From positions 1 through 11,576 of the forward strand of contig JAWBRA010000035.1 in NCBI GenBank assembly GCA_038844785.1: a DNA stretch of 11,576 bases. Reading direction: 5' to 3'. The position numbers were made by a program, and so were the translations under genes. The stretch is from Candidatus Caldarchaeum sp. Its GTDB lineage: Archaea; Thermoproteota; Nitrososphaeria_A; Caldarchaeales; Caldarchaeaceae. The notes beneath the pieces were generated by a model. The model ran no database searches. It was not told the origin of the DNA and saw nothing but the letters and a program-made list of their open reading frames with translations. Of the stretch, positions 1-5,826 are shown one piece after another; the stretch's first letter is position 1; every line of letters starts with the position of its first letter.

Positions 1-240
1 AACGCATAGTCGGTCCGAGCGAACCGTCCTATGCGTGCAGGCGGTCAGTCCGAGCGAACCGTCCCAAGGCCCGACTCCAGCCAAACCCTCCCCCGCCACC
101 CCACGATATCTCTGAATGGGGTGGCCGCCTTTTACGGCGGGTGTGGGTGAGGGTTTGTGGCTGTGTTTGGCGGCGGTTTTCCTACGCGTTTCGCGGGACG
201 ACCCTATGCTTTCACATCCCCTCCCCGCCTGGAGGGGATG
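1..240 (-). ncRNA. Putative structured non-coding RNA or leader, continuing 3' of the C/D module and running off the window
   Basis: GC-rich with no credible ORF. Stems: 215-224/231-240 (perfect 10 bp), 78-90/149-163, 95-103/117-125, 125-129/136-140, 2-9/29-36. A-rich loops (GTAAAA, AAA) favour the minus strand, consistent with the minus-strand TATA at 309-315. Identity unknown. Confidence 0.5.
9..64. repeat. Two 21-nt direct repeats (GTCRGTCCGAGCGAACCGTCC) with 35-nt period
   Basis: 9-29 gtcggtccgagcgaaccgtcc and 44-64 gtcagtccgagcgaaccgtcc are 20/21 identical. Copy 1 is enclosed by the inverted repeat ACGCATAG (2-9)/CTATGCGT (29-36). The array may continue beyond the window edge. Confidence 0.9.
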
Positions 241-290
241 GCCTCAGGGCTTTTAACCCCTCACGGGATGATCGTCCCGTTCATCATAGC
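241..290 (-). ncRNA. Putative box C/D sRNA, predicted guide for 2'-O-methylation of tRNA-Lys(UUU) U34
   Basis: Minus strand reads GCT-ATGATGA (perfect C box, 287-281)...GGGGTTAAAAGCC-CTGA (D box, 247-244)-GGC, with a short terminal stem GCT/GGC. The D guide is complementary to GGCUUUUAACCC, the typical archaeal tRNA-Lys(UUU) anticodon arm. It starts ~20-25 nt downstream of a TATA box. The internal D'/C' boxes are degenerate. Confidence 0.65.
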
Positions 291-308
291 AACATGCTAC
301 AAACATGG

Positions 309-358
309 ATTTAAGCGGATAGGTGGTGTTGCCTGTACTGTCCCGGCAACGCTTTAAA
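309..358. promoter_or_regulatory. Divergent TATA boxes with an intervening inverted repeat
   Basis: Minus-strand CTTAAAT (315-309) and plus-strand TTTAAA (353-358). GTTGCC (328-333)/GGCAAC (345-350) lies between them. Confidence 0.5.
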
Positions 359-380
359 CATCTTGGTTCCGGGCATTATG

Positions 381-496
381 GGGGATTGAATCTAGTGGCA
401 GCATAACCTGTCACGGCTTCTGGGTTTTGCTGAGGCTTCTAACGTTGCTGCCGCTGGCCGATGCTTAGACGTTTGACGTAAAGCGTCATTATTTTT
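381..496 (+). ncRNA. Possible small structured RNA transcribed rightwards
   Basis: 12-bp stem CTAGTGGCAGCA (392-403)/TGCTGCCGCTGG (446-457) with two G-U pairs that work only on the + strand. Starts ~23 nt after TTTAAA (353-358) and is followed by a GACG..CGTC hairpin and T-rich tract (468-496). No ORF. Confidence 0.3.
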
Positions 497-767
497 ACAC
501 CCCACCTCCGTGGAAAGGCGAAACTTCAAGGATTTAGGCCCACTTTCAAGGTGTCAAAAATTCTCCAAAACGTACTACCGTAACGCATGGAGAAAACCCT
601 GTGTAGAAAGCCGAAGCTTACGTGAATCAGGCGCTGTTTCAGACCAACGACAGACGTCGAACACCAATTTGCCCAAAGCAGCAGAACCCATAATAACACA
701 CTAGGCTGTTAAAACACGTAGGAAACACCGTAGGTTGTTTTGGTGTTGATGACGATTTTTTGCCTCG

Positions 768-838
768 ACAGTTATCTAAAAATATGGAGCACTATTACAA
801 CAGTTGTCTAAAATTATATAAATGTCAAATGATTGACA
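768..838 (+). promoter_or_regulatory. Orphan promoter: 18-nt direct repeats, TATA box and palindromic operator-like site
   Basis: ACAGTTATCTAAAAATAT (768-785) and ACAGTTGTCTAAAATTAT (800-817) are 16/18 identical and 32 nt apart. TTATATAAA at 814-822, then TGTCAA-N4-TTGACA at 823-838. The ATG at 844 opens only 9 codons. Confidence 0.45.
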
Positions 839-1081
839 CCATCATGTTTGTCAGCATTTCAGGGCCGCTTTAACTAGCCTCCACAACACCTGATACCCCC
901 GGGCCACTAATGAATACAACCCTGTTCACCATAAGTTTAGTACAGCCTCCCATCTATGTTGCTGCAGTGCGTGCACCAATCTATCAACAGGCCTGCCCAT
1001 CAGGCTTGAAAGACCTGTTGGTTAAGCCGTTCACGTCAACCACCGTGAGCGTGAAGCCCGAAGCATCCTGAACACCTCGCC

Positions 1082-1291
1082 GTGGAGCTGACAGCTCTGA
1101 AGGAGTATAGGACGCTGGGATACCGCATGGGATGTCTGATAAGCTCGAGAAACTCTATACAGGATTACAGAAGGCCTCTCACCGAAGAGCTTGAAGAAGT
1201 CAACGAATGTCTCAAAATCCTCACACATCCGGGTCTTGACACGTTTGTCATGAACTTGGAGGAGGTAAACCCGCGCTGGAAGAAGACATAG
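1082..1291 (+). pseudogene. Short hypothetical ORF or gene fragment
   Basis: 69-aa ORF with protein-like composition (LTEELEEVNECLKIL). No recognisable motif; the frame is open only from 1055. Confidence 0.2.
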
Positions 1292-1318
1292 AGACAAACC
1301 AAAGACGTCAAACATTAG

Positions 1319-1580
1319 CTACAGAAGCCTTCCATCAACCCTCATTCTTACATTAAGCATCTTCTCAAGCATGCGGAGTCTTTCCTCATGAGACAGAAGC
1401 GAGGACATGACAAACAGGTCAAAAACACCGACAAAGGTGTTCTCGGCAGCAGCCAATACAGCCCGCTTGTCATCTTGTCTGAAAAGGCTCCTCCACAGGT
1501 GTGTCAGACCGTTGCAGCGATGAGCTGTTCGTCGCACACAAGCTTCTAGCACCATCACCACAGGGAAGGCTGAAGCCCAC
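1319..1580 (-). pseudogene. Degenerate small helical protein, possibly the arCOG07300-like protein of archaeal PolB2 operons
   Basis: C-terminus VFDLFVMSSLLSHEERLRMLEKML resembles, from memory, the family pattern 'F..h.MShLL.HE+.L..LE'. An N-terminal 'VGFSLP' (GTG at 1580) is out of frame with the 1561 ORF, implying a frameshift. Confidence 0.3.
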
Positions 1581-1589
1581 CAAGCTAGG

Positions 1590-1862
1590 AAGAACGATAC
1601 TCATGTAAAAGAATCTGGAAGCTTTGAGGAACTGGCTAAACTTACAGAACCCTCTCAGAGAGGATATTACTCTTCCGCCGCCATCAAAGAGATTTGCCGA
1701 ACTGCTAAGGAGGAAGCGTTAAAGTCCGCTCTATCGTCAGGTAACCGGGAGAAGATATCAATGCTGCACATCCAACAGGCTTTGCTGAAGGTACCTCCCG
1801 ATATCGCTACAGAGACAATCTTAAAGCATGAGCAGTGGGCTAGAATTCACGCAAGCTATTAA
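1590..1862 (+). pseudogene. C-terminal fragment of a classic-clade AAA+ ATPase (CDC48/Vps4-like lid and C-terminal helix)
   Basis: Not in the ORF track. Translation: ...SFEELAKLTEPSQRGYYSSAAIKEICRTAKEEALKSALSSGNREKISMLHIQQALLKVPPDIATETILKHEQWARIHASY*, matching the AAA lid pattern 'ELAKLTEGYSGADIK.IC..A...A...I...HF..AL..V.PS'. No Walker A/B. In-frame stop at 1521-1523 and no usable start codon. Confidence 0.75.
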
Positions 1863-2089
1863 CATTACATGATGTGTAAGGATATGGTCTTGTCAGAATC
1901 TTTGCTTAGACAATCTAAATGATGGCTTCAGAGTTCTAAATACACTTCATCACTAAACGGATACAGGCCCACCGATCAAAAGATACGGTAATTCCTTCTC
2001 GAATGTGCAGGGGATAAATCAACCGCCCAAAAGTTGCTTAGAATGCTACTCTCGATAATGTCAAGGTTAAGCCTCGTGTATGAGCTCGT

Positions 2090-2438
2090 GTGGAAGTTGG
2101 CCTAGGCTGTTTGATTGGGGAGATACTCGGTGACAGGAATGTACTTCTTGGGTTAAGGCTTTGGGCTGGTAGGCTCGATTCTGAGGGTTTTGAGGTTCTC
2201 TCCGAGCTTGGTTTCTGTGTAAGCCACAGGTCTGTTAGACTGTCGTTCCACAGGGCTGAGGAATACTATCAACTATACAAGAGTATATGAGGTTTATGGC
2301 GGCTGTAAGTGATGTATGCATAAACAAACCAACACCCTACACAGATAGGGCTGGATGGTATGGATGGACTACTAGAGGTGGGCGGAGTGCACTGACTATG
2401 CCTTCAGCCACAATACGTTAGGGGAGAATGATTATGTA
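2090..2438 (+). mobile_element. Degraded IS6-family (archaeal type) transposase remnant with internal deletion and frameshifts
   Basis: Three frames give collinear IS6-like motifs: HTH-like EVLSELGFCVSHRSVRLSFHR (2090-2290), MRFMAAVSDVCINKPTPYTDRAGWYGW (2287-2421; compare KP....DRGPWY.W) and SHNTLGENDYV (2406-2438; compare H.TFG.RN.VE). The first DDE aspartate region is missing. Confidence 0.6.
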
Positions 2439-2554
2439 GCGTATGCCGTGAAACATTCGGGAACAGAGATAGATGTCCCTACTGCAACAGAGTGTTGAGA
2501 AAGAAGCCGAGAAAAAAGAAAAACAACATCACATCAAAGAGTCTAATATACTAA
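2432..2554 (+). pseudogene. Small basic Zn-ribbon protein fragment (CxxC-x9-CxxC with K/R-rich tail)
   Basis: LCSVCRETFGNRDRCPYCNRVLRKKPRKKKNNITSKSLIY*. Preceded by an in-frame TGA (2429-2431). The ATG at 2428, after GGGGAG, is out of frame by 1 nt. Confidence 0.5.
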
Positions 2555-2614
2555 GCGGTCGTTCTTCCACGCTGAACTACCGGCCCGCCGGGACAATGAT
2601 TCCTCTTTTTTCCT

Positions 2615-2666
2615 AATATATATTTTCATACTTTCATGCCTACACATTATGGGTTAACCATAAAAT
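2615..2666 (+). promoter_or_regulatory. Promoter region of the LLM gene with an inverted-repeat operator candidate
   Basis: AATATATATT at 2615-2624. TTATGG-N5-CCATAA (2647-2663) overlaps the ATAAAA element ~24-29 nt upstream of ATG 2689. Confidence 0.45.
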
Positions 2667-2688
2667 CAGCAGAATTCATGGGCTGTGT

Positions 2689-3690
2689 ATGGAGCGAAAA
2701 ATAGGCCTTGGCCTCGGCTACGACCCTTCTATGACTGTTCGGGAGATGAGTGAGGTTGCAAAACGTGCTGAGGATAAAGGGTTTGACATTATTTTCTTCT
2801 CGGAGACTTTGCAAACTTTTCGCGACGCTGTTTCAACCATGGCTTGCTTTGCGCTCGCAGTTGAAAAGCCGTTGCTGGGTTACACGCAAATAGTTCGCCT
2901 CCGTTCCCCGCTGGTTTTGGCCCAAACGTTAGCAACTCTCGACGAGCTTTCGCATGGGAGAATGGTTCTAACTCTTGGGGCGTGCACAAAACAACATATG
3001 CAGAAACATGGTCTGGAATATGCAGACCCCGCTGAAACTCTGGTAGAATATATCTTGGTCGTCAAAAAACTGCTGACCGGTGAAAAGTTTTCGCATCAAG
3101 GCCGTCACATCAAGTTGGAGGACACAAGCCTCGGCTTTAAACCAGTCCGCAAAAACATCCCTATTTGGGTGGCGGCTACGAGCCGTACAGGGCTGCAGAT
3201 AGCTGGCAGGTACGGCGATGGCGTTCTACTTAATGCTACAACCTCCGTAGAATATTGTAGAAATGCTGTGCAAATAGTTCGGAAGTCGGCTGCAGAGGTG
3301 GGACGAAACCCTGACGAAATAACTGTGGCTGGTTTGATTGTGGCGGCAGTCGACGGCTCGAAAAAAGCTGTGGACTACGTAAGAAGAGAGGTGGCGAGTA
3401 AATTCAGCCCCTTGATGGTTGATTTCGCGATGAAGCCGAGGCTCAAAGTTGGTGAGCCGTTCGTTGACCAACGGCTTATAGAACATTTGCTTCAATCATA
3501 CAAGGCCGGCGGCTTTGAAAAACTGATGAACGACATCCCGGAGGATGTGTTAAAAGAATTGACTGCAATAGGTTCGGCAACAGATGTGAGAAATAAGCTA
3601 GAACAGTATAGAAGAGCAGGCGTAGAGCTGCCCATCGTCAGACCTGCTGCGCGTGAAATAATCAACGAAGTGATAGACGCCGTTGTTTAA
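2689..3690 (+). CDS. LLM-class (luciferase-like monooxygenase superfamily) flavin/F420-dependent oxidoreductase, Mer-like
   Basis: 333 aa. Motifs AKRAEDKGFDIIFFSE, RSPLVLAQTLATLDELSHGRMVLTLG, PIWVAAT..TGLQIAGRYGDGVLLN and C-terminal IGSATDVRNKLEQYRRAGV. Confidence 0.92.
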   Translation: MERKIGLGLGYDPSMTVREMSEVAKRAEDKGFDIIFFSETLQTFRDAVSTMACFALAVEKPLLGYTQIVRLRSPLVLAQTLATLDELSHGRMVLTLGACTKQHMQKHGLEYADPAETLVEYILVVKKLLTGEKFSHQGRHIKLEDTSLGFKPVRKNIPIWVAATSRTGLQIAGRYGDGVLLNATTSVEYCRNAVQIVRKSAAEVGRNPDEITVAGLIVAAVDGSKKAVDYVRREVASKFSPLMVDFAMKPRLKVGEPFVDQRLIEHLLQSYKAGGFEKLMNDIPEDVLKELTAIGSATDVRNKLEQYRRAGVELPIVRPAAREIINEVIDAVV

Positions 3691-3700
3691 AGTTTATTAA
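3688..3700 (+). promoter_or_regulatory. Internal TATA box for the substrate-binding protein gene (probably leaderless)
   Basis: TAAAG followed by TTTATTAA (3693-3700), ending 24 nt upstream of GTG 3724. Confidence 0.6.
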
Positions 3701-3723
3701 CAGCAAACACCGAACGTCAGTTT

Positions 3724-4971
3724 GTGAATAGTTGCGCTGTTTCTGCAACGGTTTTAGCCGCATTGTTGATAATCGTTGTAGTCGCGGGCGTCGCTGTCTA
3801 TTTTATCGTCCAACAGCTTTCGGCACCCACTGTGTCGGAGAAACCGTTGACGATAGGTTTCTCAATATCTATCTCCGGAGACTTCGCTGTTCCAGGACGT
3901 AAACAGCTTGAAGGCATCGAACTCTGGAAAGACTGGATAAACGCTAAAGGCGGAATATATGTCAAAGACCAGAACAAATACTACAAGGTCGAGTTGAAAT
4001 ATTATGACGACAAATCCAGTAAAGATGAGGTCATCAGGCTTTATGAAAAACTCATCAACGAAGACAAAGTCGACATACTGCTTTCACCATATTCGAGCAC
4101 CCTTGCTTTGACGGCGGCTGGAATCAGCGAGAAATACAGCAGGTTAATGGTTGTTGTAGGAGCCAACTCGGACACGATTTTCAAACAGGGCTATAGATAC
4201 ATCGTCGGCACATACACGCCTGCAAGTAAGATGCTGACACAGGCTATTGACGTATTGTTGCAGCATATTCAGAGCCCCTCTATAGCCGTTATCTACAAAG
4301 ACGATGCTTTCGCGAAATCTGTTGCTGAAGGGGCTAAAGCGTACGCCGAGCAAAAGGGCGTGAAGGTTTTAGCGTTCGAAATGTATCCGCGTGATGCGAA
4401 AGACCTTTCACCTATTCTGACCAAGGTCAAGGGTTTGAACGTTGACGCAATACTTGGCGGTGGACATTATGAAGATGAGGTCTTGCTCGTTAGGCAGGCG
4501 AAGGAGCTGGGCATAAACGTGAAGCTGATGAGTTTGCTCGTCAGCCCATCGCTGCCAGCATTCTACGACGCACTCAAAGAAACCTCGGAAGGAATTCTTG
4601 CACCCTCTCACTGGGAGCCTCAAACGAAACCAGCCATAAACTACGGTCCATCCATCGACGAATTCATGACCAAGTTCCGTCAAAAATGGAACAGTGAACC
4701 ATCATATCACTCCGCGGCAGCGTTCGCCGCCGGCCTGTACATCACCGTAGCCATTGAAAAAGCTGGGACGATAAACAATGAAAAACTCCGTCAAGCATTT
4801 AACGACATAGACATCGTGACGTTCTACGGAAGGCTGAAAATAGACCCGGTGACCGGCAACCAAGTCGGCCATGAGCTCGTTCTCCTGCAGTGGCAGAAAG
4901 GCGTGAAACAGGTCGTCTGGCCTAAGGAAGTTGCGACGGCTACGCTCATCTACCCCAAACCAGCCTGGTAA
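3724..4971 (+). CDS. livK: Branched-chain amino acid-type ABC transporter substrate-binding protein (LivJ/LivK family), N-terminal membrane anchor
   Basis: 415 aa. Hydrophobic N-terminal helix; IGFSISISGDFA..G, INAKGGI, YYDDKS, VDILLSPYSS, TFYGRLK.D..G, LLQWQKG..VVWP. Symbol is family-level; the substrate is unknown. Confidence 0.93.
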   Translation: MNSCAVSATVLAALLIIVVVAGVAVYFIVQQLSAPTVSEKPLTIGFSISISGDFAVPGRKQLEGIELWKDWINAKGGIYVKDQNKYYKVELKYYDDKSSKDEVIRLYEKLINEDKVDILLSPYSSTLALTAAGISEKYSRLMVVVGANSDTIFKQGYRYIVGTYTPASKMLTQAIDVLLQHIQSPSIAVIYKDDAFAKSVAEGAKAYAEQKGVKVLAFEMYPRDAKDLSPILTKVKGLNVDAILGGGHYEDEVLLVRQAKELGINVKLMSLLVSPSLPAFYDALKETSEGILAPSHWEPQTKPAINYGPSIDEFMTKFRQKWNSEPSYHSAAAFAAGLYITVAIEKAGTINNEKLRQAFNDIDIVTFYGRLKIDPVTGNQVGHELVLLQWQKGVKQVVWPKEVATATLIYPKPAW

Positions 4972-5826
4972 ATGTTAAACCCACAAATATTTTTTCAAAC
5001 ATTAGTCAACGGTTTATTGATGGGGACTGTTTACGGGATAGCCGCCGTTGGACTGTCCCTAATATGGGGGGTTCTGAAAATCGTGAACCTTGCCCACGGT
5101 GCTTTCATCATTTTAGCGGCATACATAACATATTGGTTGTTTGTTTACACTGGCCTTCCACCTCTCGTTATGACGCCTGTCAGCATCGTTATCGGTTTTC
5201 TGGTTGGATATCTTCTTTACCGTGGTGTTGGGAAGAACGTTGTCACCCTAGATCCGTCAACATCCGTGCTGTTCTTTTTTGGAATGTCGTTGCTTCTCAG
5301 CAACATTATTCTAAACCTTTGGGGCCCCGATGTTAGAGGAATCCCATGGCTTGTTGAAAGCGTTGAAATAACTGGAATCCGACTGGCTTTATCCCGGCTG
5401 CTTGCACTCGTATCCACAGTAGCCTGCTTCACCATACTCTACCTTGTCCTGCAACGTACCTATTATGGCAAAGCGATCAGAGCTGTGGTGATAAACAGGG
5501 TTGGTGCGGCATCGGTGGGAATAGATGTTAACAGCGTTTTCGCAGTAAGCATGGGTCTTGGAATAGGCATAACCTTTTTTTCGGGAACGATGATTGCATT
5601 GGTCAACCCGTTCACACCAGCGTCCGGCGACGGTTATTTGATGTATTCCTTCGCCTCAGTAGTTTTGGGAGGTGTTGGCAACGTTGTCGGAACATTGTTT
5701 GCCGGAATGTTGATGGGAGTGATTGAAAGCTTCGTCGGCGTGTATTTGACGCAGAGCCTCAGCCCCGCGGCAGCATTCATAACCCTCGTGCTGGTCATCG
5801 TGGTGAAATACCGTGGCGCAAGATAA
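4972..5826 (+). CDS. livH: Liv-type ABC transporter permease (LivH family)
   Basis: 284 aa, hydrophobic. NGLLMGTVYGIAAVGLSLIWGVLKIVNLAHG, T.YGKAIRAV, FASVVLGGVG. The ATG directly follows the upstream TAA. Confidence 0.93.
   Translation: MLNPQIFFQTLVNGLLMGTVYGIAAVGLSLIWGVLKIVNLAHGAFIILAAYITYWLFVYTGLPPLVMTPVSIVIGFLVGYLLYRGVGKNVVTLDPSTSVLFFFGMSLLLSNIILNLWGPDVRGIPWLVESVEITGIRLALSRLLALVSTVACFTILYLVLQRTYYGKAIRAVVINRVGAASVGIDVNSVFAVSMGLGIGITFFSGTMIALVNPFTPASGDGYLMYSFASVVLGGVGNVVGTLFAGMLMGVIESFVGVYLTQSLSPAAAFITLVLVIVVKYRGAR

Noticed and set aside
9-64. CRISPR array
   Set aside because: Only two units, a 14-nt spacer, no typical repeat terminus and no cas genes.
100-200. RNase P RNA (minus-strand AGGAAAACCGCC ... 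AAAAGGCGG resemble CR-I/CR-V)
   Set aside because: The two motifs are only ~30 nt apart and CR-II to CR-IV are absent.
216-230. ATCCCCTCCCCG (216-227) is identical to the tRNA-Cys 3' region (8383-8394; 14/15 with extension), suggesting an att site or tRNA primer-binding site
   Set aside because: Short, low-complexity and part of a local hairpin. It lies upstream of the tRNA, the wrong side for a 3'-end att duplication, and there is no integrase or reverse transcriptase in the window. A chance match is plausible.
246-261. Plus-strand GGG-CTTTTAA-CCC as a tRNA-Lys gene or split-tRNA half
   Set aside because: No acceptor, D or T arm nearby; better explained as the complement of a C/D guide.
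500-600. ORB-like origin elements (CTCCGTGGAAAG, TTCTCCA/TGGAGAA, ACTT(T)CAAGG repeats)
   Set aside because: Poor match to the ORB consensus, not repeated, and no orc1/cdc6 gene nearby.
157-704. ORFs 157-357 and 510-704
   Set aside because: No motifs and atypical composition; the first overlies the structured RNA and promoter.
870-932. Minus-strand mini-ORF MVNRVVFISGPGVSG resembling a P-loop start
   Set aside because: 20 codons and no GKT/S; too weak to call.
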